Source of the DNA: Promethearchaeota archaeon
Lineage (GTDB): Archaea > Asgardarchaeota > Lokiarchaeia > Sigyniarchaeales > Promethearchaeaceae
Length of the DNA: 32,000 nucleotides
Assembly: GCA_016933055.1 (NCBI GenBank)
Contig: JAFGBS010000027.1
Coordinates: 1 to 32,000, forward strand
Direction of reading: 5' to 3'
Numbering within the stretch: the first letter of the stretch is position 1; each line of letters begins with the position of its first letter. Below are positions 8,188 to 17,725 of this stretch, in pieces. A program made the position numbers and the translations under genes. Below the pieces are notes generated by a model that was not told where the DNA came from, searched no databases, and was given only the letters and a program-made list of their open reading frames with translations.

Positions 8188-8222
8188 AAGTATTCACCGT
8201 TTTATTATTACATGGAATGAGA

Positions 8223-9449
8223 TTAAACTTTTTTCTCTTGTATCAAATAATCGGTGACACGTGAATAGAGAGGAATTGCAACAGCTGCAAATATTGCGGC
8301 AATAATAAATACTACCCACAATCCCAATTGATCGGCAAATAATCCTGCTATAATTACCCCTGGAATTTGACCGGCAGAACTGGTTAAATTCACAATACCT
8401 AAAAATCTTCCTCGAGAATCTTCATCAACCAAATCTTGACTCCATGTTTCACTGGTACTATTATGGCCTTCTAAAAAGAAATTCATGATGAACATTCCTA
8501 CGTATAGTATCCATATACTAAATTGAGCAAAAGCTAATAAAAGAAAACCCATAACAGCGCACGGTAGTGTCATTAACACAACTCGTTTTCTGCCAATTTT
8601 GTCTGAAATCCTTGGAAATATTACAGAACCAAGTAAAGTACCACTACCCATCATTATTGAATAAACTAAAACTTCAGTCTCATTCAATGCTTGTTCTTGA
8701 ATATAGATAATCATGAAGGGATAATAGGCATAACGTGCCATGATCGGTAGTAGATATGCTAAAAAAAAACGGTAAAATTCTTTATGTTCTTTAAAATGTT
8801 TCCAACTAAATATTCTTTCAATATCTTTTACCCAACTTCGTTTTGGAGGTAAATTTGTAATTGGTTCCTCCAATGTAAAAAAAACTACAATTCCCCCTAA
8901 GATTAGGGATATACCTGTAATAAGAATGACTCTGAAATGTGTCGAATCGGTAAAATTCCCAAGTACGTCTCTTTTTCCCCAAATCACAAATGCATAGGTA
9001 AGAACCCCTCCCAAACCGCCTATTAGTAAAATTATGCTATTATATCTCCCCCGTTCGTGTATACTTGTTAAATCGGGGACTAATGCTTTCCGGGTGGAAT
9101 AAAACATGTTCGAGGTGATTCCAATTAATACTCCATCCAATATCAAACACAAAATATAATTTTTGGATAAACCGAAAAGGATAACCAAAATCCCCGTAAT
9201 GAGTAATCCTAATATCAATATTGATTTTCTTCGGCCTAAACAGTCCCGAGAGTTATCAGATATTGCGCCCCAAATAATAAAGGAAATTGCTCCAACTAAT
9301 CCCGAGGTTGCTATCATTATTGATACAAATATTTTATCTTTTCCCAAAATTTGAGATACATAGGAATTAAACCAACTTCCCTCAGTAAAACTATATGCAG
9401 TGACTACAAAAGCAGTAATAATTAATGACCAGCAATTTCTTTTTCTCAC
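8223..9449 (-). CDS. MFS transporter (possible sugar/oligosaccharide substrate)
   Basis: About 12 hydrophobic segments; MFS motif-A-like 'WGAISDNSRDCLGRRK' and 'PRISDKIGRKR'; GTG start. Confidence 0.9.
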   Translation of the reverse strand: MRKRNCWSLIITAFVVTAYSFTEGSWFNSYVSQILGKDKIFVSIMIATSGLVGAISFIIWGAISDNSRDCLGRRKSILILGLLITGILVILFGLSKNYILCLILDGVLIGITSNMFYSTRKALVPDLTSIHERGRYNSIILLIGGLGGVLTYAFVIWGKRDVLGNFTDSTHFRVILITGISLILGGIVVFFTLEEPITNLPPKRSWVKDIERIFSWKHFKEHKEFYRFFLAYLLPIMARYAYYPFMIIYIQEQALNETEVLVYSIMMGSGTLLGSVIFPRISDKIGRKRVVLMTLPCAVMGFLLLAFAQFSIWILYVGMFIMNFFLEGHNSTSETWSQDLVDEDSRGRFLGIVNLTSSAGQIPGVIIAGLFADQLGLWVVFIIAAIFAAVAIPLYSRVTDYLIQEKKV

Positions 9450-9668
9450 AGTCTAAACTGAACCTTTCCCTTTAAAGGATTATTGGTTTTTAGAATGACA
9501 CTAAGGAGGACATATTTTTATATGATTTCTCAGGATTACTGCTTCATTTAAGGGCTTCTTCCCACTCCATTGAGCTGTTCCCACCAATTTTGAATCGAAG
9601 TTCAAAGATTTTTAAAACATATTAACGTTAGTAAAAGCAAGAATATAATCTAAATGCGCTGAACTTCC

Positions 9669-11654
9669 GTGGAACAACTAAGACAAAAATCTAAGAAAAA
9701 TTCCATTTTTTTAGCTGGAATTGTGGCAACCATCGCAACCCTGGGTATTTTAATCCCTGGCATCGTCTTATGGGTAAATCACCCCATGATTTCCACTAGT
9801 TATTATCATTATAACCTTCAATATCGAGCAGGGCAAGAACAAACGTATCCAGAAATCGTTGAAAATTCCTTGCAACATATTATATACATGTATGGAAACC
9901 ATTCAACTTGGAATTATACTATAGAATGCCAATTTATGTTAATTGAATATGTACATGATAATTATCCAACTCTGTTCGACGAAATCCAAGCCCAGAACTC
10001 TAGAGGACAGCTTGAATTAATCGTTGTCCAATTTTCAAGTGCATTTCACGTTCCTTACCCCGTGAAGAATTTTAGAGAAAGCGTCAATTATACTAGTATT
10101 CGGATGGAGGAATATGGATTGCGACAATCCATATTGATTTTGTTACAAGAAGGTCAGTGGCTTCCCGCATTCGGACAAGCGGTACCTAATCACGTAGCAG
10201 CGATTCTTAGTATCGAACAATGCGGTTATTTCAATTATTATCCCAAACAACCAGTTCTCGAATGGAATTTTGGGGGAGTGAAGAAACACGCATTTATGAT
10301 TCCATGGTTTCCTCGATTTGAGGCGGGAGTTTACCATCATCAAATTTACACGCAAGATGGGGAGAAAATCAATACGGGTGGATATGGAAGCTTTGATGTT
10401 GCTGTAGATTTTGACTTCAATCCTTTAAAACAGGCAAATTTAGAAAAACGCCATATAGAATTAGAGGAGAATGGGAATTTATTTATGACTTTAGAGGATT
10501 TTTATAATTATTGTGTCGAAAATGAATACGTCGAATCAATGGAAAAGTATATTCCAGAAACTGAATGGGTAGCAGCCCAATATCAGACATTTTGGACATG
10601 GATGGGGCAAGGCAGTGGGTGGACTGATGATGGACACCTCTTAGCTCGCATATACAATGCAATGACCATAACCCAGGCCACAGAGTTGTTACTGAATAAG
10701 TCTTATACTCATGCGGTGATTAATGATACTAATTTCGCAGAATGGGGTCAATATCGGATTGGAGGGCAAGACGGTAAACTTTTACAAGCGAAAAAACTTG
10801 TTTGGGAAGCTCAAGTAACCGATACTACGGGTATTTCGCCACGATATTTCGAATTCTGGTATGGCATGAATAAAACTAGTGATGCCTTGCATATCTGTTC
10901 TGAGATCATTGAAAATATTCGATTCAAACCCACTTTTAATACCGTATTTGGGAATAATCTGCAAATCAATCCCTATACTTTATCTATAGAGAATCAAACC
11001 AGCAGTTTTCTCAACGTTACGGATCTAGGAGTATTGAGTATTTGTGAAATAGAGGGATTGTTTGACCTCGCCATCTTATCAACTCAATCGGATGAATATG
11101 CGTTGTATCCGGCAGCTCTTGAGGTGTCACGTATGAATTTAAAAGCTAATGATTGGTCACAAGAATATTTTCAACTAAATTTCAAGTTTCGAGGGAAATA
11201 TAACGTCGAATACAATAACACGGGTGATAACTATATTTCTGAGGAGGAACTGAATTCTATGAATACTATGGGAGTTATCTCAAAAAATGATATATCCATA
11301 CATTTCTTCGGGAATTGGTCCACTGTTTCTTATTCTCCCGCATTATTAGAAAATGAGAGTATCAATCTCGTGCGAGATCATTATTATTCATTTCCTTATG
11401 AATCCAAAGCAGAGTGGTGGATTCTCCTCTCTGCCTGCAATGGAATGGTATACAACCCTCAAGGAGGATTCGGGATCGTAAAAAATAATACGGTTCGGCA
11501 TCTTGCAGCAAATTGGCGTTCTACCCATATAGAATTTGCAGAAACCGAAATTAAGTATAATTCAACGCATCAATATTTTATTGTACCTGGAACGGTGCAG
11601 GAAGTACTTCGGTTCGCTAATCAAATAAATTCCTATAGGTGGATAACCTTATGA
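9669..11654 (+). CDS. Membrane-anchored, probably extracellular GH57-like glycoside hydrolase with uncharacterised C-terminal region
   Basis: N-terminal basic stretch plus TM helix. Segments matching GH57 conserved regions in order: HYNLQY (CSR1), GQLELI (CSR2), LQEGQW (CSR3, nucleophile E), QDGEKI (CSR4, acid/base D), AQVTDTTG (CSR5). Confidence 0.65.
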   Translation: MEQLRQKSKKNSIFLAGIVATIATLGILIPGIVLWVNHPMISTSYYHYNLQYRAGQEQTYPEIVENSLQHIIYMYGNHSTWNYTIECQFMLIEYVHDNYPTLFDEIQAQNSRGQLELIVVQFSSAFHVPYPVKNFRESVNYTSIRMEEYGLRQSILILLQEGQWLPAFGQAVPNHVAAILSIEQCGYFNYYPKQPVLEWNFGGVKKHAFMIPWFPRFEAGVYHHQIYTQDGEKINTGGYGSFDVAVDFDFNPLKQANLEKRHIELEENGNLFMTLEDFYNYCVENEYVESMEKYIPETEWVAAQYQTFWTWMGQGSGWTDDGHLLARIYNAMTITQATELLLNKSYTHAVINDTNFAEWGQYRIGGQDGKLLQAKKLVWEAQVTDTTGISPRYFEFWYGMNKTSDALHICSEIIENIRFKPTFNTVFGNNLQINPYTLSIENQTSSFLNVTDLGVLSICEIEGLFDLAILSTQSDEYALYPAALEVSRMNLKANDWSQEYFQLNFKFRGKYNVEYNNTGDNYISEEELNSMNTMGVISKNDISIHFFGNWSTVSYSPALLENESINLVRDHYYSFPYESKAEWWILLSACNGMVYNPQGGFGIVKNNTVRHLAANWRSTHIEFAETEIKYNSTHQYFIVPGTVQEVLRFANQINSYRWITL

Positions 11655-12538
11655 CTGACATACCTCATCAAACTATTATTCCTCAACATACAGAAAACGG
11701 AGTTTCCCTAGCCATAAGACATTTAGTGGTTCCCGCTTGTTTTGAGTTGCTATTTGGAGTTGTATTGTACTTCTTCGCTTATCTGATTTTAAATAAGTTA
11801 CAAATTGATGCCCTTCCTCCGTTTACTATTAGTAATGTCCCCATAATTCAAGGAATTGCTATTGGATTCATGGTAGTATCATCATTTCACTTTATTTATT
11901 TGAGTTTGTTGAATCGGTTCTACAAAAATAAAAGCTTTCTCTTCATTGGATATATTCTTGGATGTATTGCTGTACCTTTTATCCCAACAGGTGCATTTTT
12001 TGGTATTTTATTCATAACTGATCTGAATACGATTAGAGTAGCAAAGGATCCAAAAGCAGTGGAGATTCTAGCATATAATAAAAATGAAGTAGGAATTGAG
12101 ATAAAGACCAATGCTTTAGTGATGCTGCATCTTCCAGTAGTATTATATTATTTGTACCTTTATTTACTAACAATTCAGTCTGATATTCTTTACCCTAACT
12201 TTCGTATGGGTGTGATTTTAAGTTTGAAAATTTTCATGTATGCATATTTTGTGATTTACACCCTGCAATTTGTAGCTGGTATTATTTTTCGATTCTACGG
12301 AGAAAAACTATGGGAACAAATCGTTCTAATTGTATTCAGTATATTTAATTTGCTTGCAGTAGGAATTGTGATCCAAACATATGTATGGTTAAATTGGGCG
12401 ACTTTGGAATTTTCGGGAATAATGCTAGTAGTTGGAAATCTGTTTTGGGTCATCGGCATTGTTATAAATCCCATTGGAATCTTTTTTAGTAGACATTTTA
12501 TTAAATTATTACGTCAAATGGGATCCAACTTAAATTAA
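11651..12538 (+). CDS. Hypothetical polytopic membrane protein (~7 TM)
   Basis: Multiple hydrophobic segments. ATG 11651 overlaps the GH57 stop (ATGA, 11651-11654), which suggests translational coupling and makes it a better start than 11639. Confidence 0.75.
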   Translation: MTDIPHQTIIPQHTENGVSLAIRHLVVPACFELLFGVVLYFFAYLILNKLQIDALPPFTISNVPIIQGIAIGFMVVSSFHFIYLSLLNRFYKNKSFLFIGYILGCIAVPFIPTGAFFGILFITDLNTIRVAKDPKAVEILAYNKNEVGIEIKTNALVMLHLPVVLYYLYLYLLTIQSDILYPNFRMGVILSLKIFMYAYFVIYTLQFVAGIIFRFYGEKLWEQIVLIVFSIFNLLAVGIVIQTYVWLNWATLEFSGIMLVVGNLFWVIGIVINPIGIFFSRHFIKLLRQMGSNLN

Positions 12539-12831
12539 TTCGATAATCATACATGATTCTCTCAGAATGAAATCAAAATATAACTATAGCTTAATTTTTT
12601 GGACACTGTGCGATTGGGGCGCTTAAATTCGATTTGTCGATCGATAACCCCGAATTTATCGTTGGATTTCTTAGGATATCATGGTATATCCAAGTTGATC
12701 ATCTGTGTGATCCATAAATTCCTCATATTATTCATTCTGAAAAATTTTAAAACTAAGGAATCAAAAACAAAAACAACTTGTAATTGAGAATACCTACAAA
12801 TTTCGATTGAAAAAAATAATGTGATTTATCA

Positions 12832-14868
12832 ATGGCATCAGAAACTGAAAAAGAAAAACAAAAGAAATATTACCCACTACCAGAATTAGCCAAAAACGCT
12901 CGAATTAAATCTATGGACGAATATCACAAACTTTGGGAGGAATCCGTAAAGGATCTAAACGCATTTTGGGGTAAAGAAGCCAAGATGGTAGATTGGGATA
13001 AACCATATTCAAAAGTATGGACAGGAAAAACAAAGGACGACTTTGTTGGAAAATGGTACGTAGACGGTAAATTAAACGTAACTAATAACGGATTAGATCG
13101 TTGGATTAAGAAAGGTTACGGAGATCAAATAGCACTCATCGCTGTCTCCGAAGAAGAGACTTTAGATGAGAAAGCAATTAAAAAATATACATATAAAACT
13201 CTTCTTGCGGAAGTGAATAAGGCTGCTAATGCATTGAAATCCTTAGGAATCAAGAAAGGAGATCGTGTATGTATTTGGATGCCCATGGTAGACATGCTGG
13301 CAATTACAATGTTAGCTTGCGCAAGAATTGGTGCTATACATTCCATCGTATTTGGTGGTTTCAGTGCCGAATCCGTGAAAGATCGGATTGATGATAGTGA
13401 ATGCGTTGCTTTAATCGTAGCGGATGAAGTTCGACGTTCTGGTAAAGCTCGACCTATGAAGGATAACCTCAAAGGAATTATCGAAACCTGTCCAAGCATC
13501 GAATATGTTTGTGTTGTAAAAATTACCGGTGGAGATATTTACAAATATGATAAAGATGTAGACTTCACTGCTTTAATGGAACAACAGTCCACGGAATGCC
13601 CGTATGAACTTATGGATGCTGAAGACCCACTTTTCATCTTATATACTAGCGGTACAACCGGCAAACCGAAAGGAGCGGTACATACTATTGCAGGATTCTT
13701 AGTCTATGGGATGTCTACCAACTTGTATGTTTGGGATTATACATGTTTGTATGATCTAAAAGGAGTGAAACCAGAAGAGCGAGATGTGTGGTATTGTACT
13801 GCAGATATCGGTTGGATCACTGGACACACTCAAATCATCTATGCACCGCTTGCACTTGGTGCAATCACTGTTATGTATGAAGGCGTTCCCACCTGGCCAC
13901 ATAATGGTCGGTTCTGGGAGATTTGCGAGAAACTTGGCGTTACACACTTCTACACGGCTCCTACAGCAATTCGTGCATTAATGTCTAAAGGGGACGAGCA
14001 TGTGACGAAGTGGGATTTAAATAAGATTAAGATGCTTGGAACCGTAGGAGAACCGACTAACTTTCCCGAATGGAAATGGTATTGGACCATAGTGGGAAAA
14101 GGGACAACTGGTGAAAAACCTGTTGGTCGTCCAATTGTAGATTCCTATTGGCAAACTGAAACTGGTAGTTACATGATGGTAAACCTTGGTGCAATTACAC
14201 CTATGAAACCTGGGAGTTGTACATTTCCGTTCTTCGGCATTAATCCAAAATTCTTGGATGATGACGGCAAGGAAGTCACAAAACCTAATACACAAGCCTT
14301 TTTTGCGTATGATCTACCATGGCCCGGTCTTATGAGAACCGTATGGGGGCAACATGATCGTTTCCTTCAACAATATTTCTCGAAATTTCCTGGATTTTAT
14401 TTTACAGGCGATTATGCGCAGTTTGATGATGAAGGTTACACATTTATTATTGGAAGAAGTGATGATGTAATCAAGGTGAGCGGTCACCGATTAGGATCTG
14501 CGGAAGTGGAAGCTGCAATTAACTCCCATGATAAAGTCGCCGAAAGTGCGGTTTGTCCCTATCCTCATCCAATCAAAGGTTCTACAATTTTTGCATATGT
14601 TACATTGATGAACAATGTAGTCGCAACTGAAGACTTAAAGAAAGAAATTCAGCAACACGTCCGAAATGTTGCGGGTCCTGCAGTGTATCCGGAAATTATT
14701 TTATTCACAAATGCATTACCAAAAACCCGTTCGGGAAAAATAATGCGTCGGATTCTAAAAGCAATTGCGACTCAAGACGACATTGGAAACACCATGACTT
14801 TGGCAAATCCTGAAGTAGTAGAACATCTGATTGAAGATCGCAAGCAACTCGGTGAAATAAAGTTTTAA
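12832..14868 (+). CDS. acs: AMP-forming acetyl-CoA synthetase
   Basis: YTSGTTGKPKG P-loop, TADIGWITGH, FYTAPTAIR, GTVGEP, WQTETG, YFTGD, GRSDDVIKVSGHRLG, PKTRSGKIMRR (conserved acetylatable Lys). Confidence 0.95.
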   Translation: MASETEKEKQKKYYPLPELAKNARIKSMDEYHKLWEESVKDLNAFWGKEAKMVDWDKPYSKVWTGKTKDDFVGKWYVDGKLNVTNNGLDRWIKKGYGDQIALIAVSEEETLDEKAIKKYTYKTLLAEVNKAANALKSLGIKKGDRVCIWMPMVDMLAITMLACARIGAIHSIVFGGFSAESVKDRIDDSECVALIVADEVRRSGKARPMKDNLKGIIETCPSIEYVCVVKITGGDIYKYDKDVDFTALMEQQSTECPYELMDAEDPLFILYTSGTTGKPKGAVHTIAGFLVYGMSTNLYVWDYTCLYDLKGVKPEERDVWYCTADIGWITGHTQIIYAPLALGAITVMYEGVPTWPHNGRFWEICEKLGVTHFYTAPTAIRALMSKGDEHVTKWDLNKIKMLGTVGEPTNFPEWKWYWTIVGKGTTGEKPVGRPIVDSYWQTETGSYMMVNLGAITPMKPGSCTFPFFGINPKFLDDDGKEVTKPNTQAFFAYDLPWPGLMRTVWGQHDRFLQQYFSKFPGFYFTGDYAQFDDEGYTFIIGRSDDVIKVSGHRLGSAEVEAAINSHDKVAESAVCPYPHPIKGSTIFAYVTLMNNVVATEDLKKEIQQHVRNVAGPAVYPEIILFTNALPKTRSGKIMRRILKAIATQDDIGNTMTLANPEVVEHLIEDRKQLGEIKF

Positions 14869-14882
14869 ATTCATAAAAACTC

Positions 14883-14891
14883 TTTTTTTTT
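14883..14891 (+). terminator. Oligo-T (T9) archaeal terminator candidate after acs
   Basis: T9 run starting 15 nt after the acs stop. Confidence 0.5.
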
Positions 14892-15222
14892 ATTTACTTA
14901 TCTTATATCTATAATACTTCAAAATAGATGGTATGTGGTTCGCCTAATAGGTTATCTTCTTATTGTTAGATCAGAGATTTGTAATATGTATCATCCAAGA
15001 TTGCAAAGGTTCTCATTATGAATGAGATTAAAGAAGAGTTTATTGATTAATAGAAATAATGCTCCGATTCTGATTATTCTTGATTCTTTTCAAATCGAAT
15101 TCGGTAAAATACTGACAACTACTCAGAGTGCAGTAGAATTAGATTCATATAAGGAAAAATTCCCTTCGAAGTCTGTTAAATTAAATATGAGAATTCATTG
15201 ATTTTAAGTTCTATAAACAATT

Positions 15223-15603
15223 TTGATTATTAATAAATCCAGCATTCGGGAGACCTTTATGAGTATTATGAATGTTGCGGATGGTTTTGAACAAATTTTC
15301 GAATATTATCGTTTAGATCCCAATATACAAAAAATGATTGAAGATCATTCTCTTTTAATTGCAATCAAATTCACGGACACTAAAAGCTTGTATATGGTTT
15401 CTATCGACCACGAGCGGATCTTACTTGAAACTAATTCTTTATCTAAAAAACCTGATATACGCGTCAGAATAAAATCAGAGCAAGTTTTTTTGGATCTTAT
15501 GAATGGTAAAATCCCAATTAGAGAACCTTTTGTAAAAGGGAAAATCATCATTGTTAAAGGATTTGGAAAAATTGTAAAATTATATCGCAAATATGTAGAG
15601 TAA
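15223..15603 (+). CDS. SCP2 sterol/lipid-binding domain protein
   Basis: 'IKFTD...YMVSIDHERI......PDIRVRIKSEQVFLDLMNGKI.IREPFVKGKIIIVKG' fits the SCP2 pattern (F..L..G.l....AF..GKl.i.G). The start may be a downstream ATG. Confidence 0.75.
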   Translation: MIINKSSIRETFMSIMNVADGFEQIFEYYRLDPNIQKMIEDHSLLIAIKFTDTKSLYMVSIDHERILLETNSLSKKPDIRVRIKSEQVFLDLMNGKIPIREPFVKGKIIIVKGFGKIVKLYRKYVE

Positions 15604-15622
15604 ATATACATTAAAGCATATT

Positions 15623-16285
15623 TTATTGTTGTTCTGGGAGTATTATTACGCATGAAATAATTGTGAGAATAATTGAAATTGTGCCAACCCATTCCCACGC
15701 AGCGAAATCCTTAAATGGAACATTATTACGAACAGGAAAAAGAAAAAGAAGCACCCAGAACAAAGCTAGTTGCCCTATGCTTAAATATAGTAGGAAAATG
15801 AATCTTGAATGTGGTTTTGTGGAATGAACATATACAATATGAAGAATCAGTAAAATAATAAATCCCAGGCTTAAAGAGCTATAAGAAATCCCAGCGAATA
15901 TATCATGAATCGGCTGCATTTGATCGTGAAAAATTCCGATTGATCCAAATGTTATGGTTCCAACCAACCAAAATCCCAGAATAATCTTCCTTAATATTGG
16001 ATCTATGGGTTTTATTCTATAATATATGTTTAAAAAGACAGGAAATAATCCCAGACTCGTAAATATAAATCCAATGTCAAAAAAGACACAACCTATACGA
16101 TTTTTCGTCGGGTCTCCTAACTCTGATATCCAAATCTCATTAAAACTGAAAGGAAAGGGAAATAAAATGATCGAAATTCCCAAAAGAACAGAGAAAATGA
16201 GTAATAAAGTAAGTAAATAGAGGATGTATGTATTCTTTTGTGCTTTACCTTTCAAAATTAGCAAAAACACGGTCCACCTCTTCAA
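15623..16285 (-). CDS. DUF998-family membrane protein
   Basis: 'FSFNEIWISELGD' (DUF998 'xSxxxxxISxLG'), H in 'PIHDIFA', terminal 'WEW'; about 5-6 TM. Confidence 0.7.
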   Translation of the reverse strand: MKRWTVFLLILKGKAQKNTYILYLLTLLLIFSVLLGISIILFPFPFSFNEIWISELGDPTKNRIGCVFFDIGFIFTSLGLFPVFLNIYYRIKPIDPILRKIILGFWLVGTITFGSIGIFHDQMQPIHDIFAGISYSSLSLGFIILLILHIVYVHSTKPHSRFIFLLYLSIGQLALFWVLLFLFPVRNNVPFKDFAAWEWVGTISIILTIISCVIILPEQQ

Positions 16286-16373
16286 ATCTGATCACTTTAA
16301 ACAAGAACACCGTATAAAAAAGATTGTTGGTTTGACACTTTCTAAAATATTCATCCTGTTGGAAATTTATCTT

Positions 16374-16985
16374 TTACACTCGCAATTTATACTCAAATTT
16401 ATAGGGAGATGGTGTAGTTTGTGCACGATTTTTAAAAATCCACATCTCTTTCGCAATCGTTTGCATTAGATCCTCGATCATTATCCCGTCTTTGGTGGAA
16501 ATAAGAAAATGAATTTTCATTCCCAGTTCTTCTTTCAAACTAGTAATATTTTGTTCTACCATCGGATACATATTTTCGGTGACCAAATCAAACTTAGATC
16601 CAACCAGATAAATCGGGGTTCCAGGATCTGTATTGGATCGCCACATTTTCAGCCATCCAGGTAAATTCATAGCAGAAGTAAATCTGGTTACATCATACAA
16701 TAGGATACCCCCATCAGCTCCGTGAATATATGCAGGAAGCATGAATCTAAATCTGTCTTCTCCCCCTAAATCCCATACAGTAAGATCTATAGAAATACTC
16801 TCTTCTAAGTTTAATTGGATATCAAGATGAATCAAACTGAAATCGATTCCAATGGTCATTTTTGTGATAGGATTAAAGTTTCCAGTTGCCAGCCGTTCCA
16901 CTAGAGTGGTTTTTCCTACCCCTCCATCTCCTAAAATACAAAATTTTAACGCATATTTCTTATTTTTTTGCTGTGGCTGATTCAA
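16374..16985 (-). CDS. Rab/Ras-like small GTPase (eukaryotic signature protein) with variant G3/G4/G5
   Basis: G1 GDGGVGKT, G2 TIGIDF, G3 WDLGGE, Rab-like 'RFRFMLPAYIHGA', G4 GSKFD, G5 STK; no C-terminal Cys. Confidence 0.9.
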   Translation of the reverse strand: MNQPQQKNKKYALKFCILGDGGVGKTTLVERLATGNFNPITKMTIGIDFSLIHLDIQLNLEESISIDLTVWDLGGEDRFRFMLPAYIHGADGGILLYDVTRFTSAMNLPGWLKMWRSNTDPGTPIYLVGSKFDLVTENMYPMVEQNITSLKEELGMKIHFLISTKDGIMIEDLMQTIAKEMWIFKNRAQTTPSPYKFEYKLRV

Positions 16986-17174
16986 AATAACTCATTCCCG
17001 ACTGAACTACTGTAATTCAAATAATAATTAGCACAATGGCAAATCTATCGTTTATATATTCCTATGTGAATTGAAAAGTTTTTTGTTTGATCTCTTTTCT
17101 AATAAAATAAAACGAATTTATATGTCTACTACTTAAAAAAAATTTTTGGAAAAATTACAACAGAACCTAAGAAA

Positions 17175-17687
17175 ATGAAAATAACGAAACAAGGAAATTC
17201 AGACTTATTTCCTAATCCGGTTGCACTAGTTTCTTCGAAATATAAAGATGAAGAATCTATAATCACGCTTGCGTGGGTAGGTACAGTATGTTCTAATCCA
17301 CCTATGATCTCGATCTCAATTCGTCCTTCTCGATTTTCCTATGGATTAATCAAAAGATCCATGGAGTTCGTCCTAAATATTCCAACTAGTAAAATGATTC
17401 GAGAAATCGAATTATGTGGAACGAAATCGGGAAAAAATACCGATAAATGGAAACTTTGTGAATTTACAAGACAACCCAGCATAGATATCAAAATACCAGC
17501 GATATTAGAATGTCCCGTTAATCTTGAATGTAAAGTACATCAGATATATTCCTTGGGAACCCATGACATGTTTATAGCTGAAGTTTTGAAAATTCACCGA
17601 AATCCAGAGTGGAATAATAAATATGAAGAAATGGTAGTTTTTGCTCGTGGGTTTTACGGGAAAGTGCAACCCGTGGATTCAAAGTAA
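17175..17687 (+). CDS. Flavin reductase-like FMN-binding split-barrel protein
   Basis: FPNPVALVS, ITLAWV, ISIRPSRFS, EFVLNIP, CGTKSGKNTDK, PAILECPVNLECK, LGTHDMFIAEV. Confidence 0.9.
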   Translation: MKITKQGNSDLFPNPVALVSSKYKDEESIITLAWVGTVCSNPPMISISIRPSRFSYGLIKRSMEFVLNIPTSKMIREIELCGTKSGKNTDKWKLCEFTRQPSIDIKIPAILECPVNLECKVHQIYSLGTHDMFIAEVLKIHRNPEWNNKYEEMVVFARGFYGKVQPVDSK

Positions 17688-17725
17688 GGAAAAATTTAAG
17701 CAAGATACATTCTATTCACATACAT

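Noticed and set aside
12674-12691. Inverted repeat GGATAT-N6-ATATCC upstream of acs and the 62-aa ORF 12599-12787
   Set aside because: Six-bp arms occurring once are not significant without orthologue comparison; the ORF lacks protein-like features.
13125-14295. Several 63-124-aa ORFs inside acs, and similar shadow ORFs in asd, dapB, lysA-dapF, lysC, dapL, thyX, mscS and the ABC gene
   Set aside because: Antisense or alternate-frame shadows of strongly supported genes.
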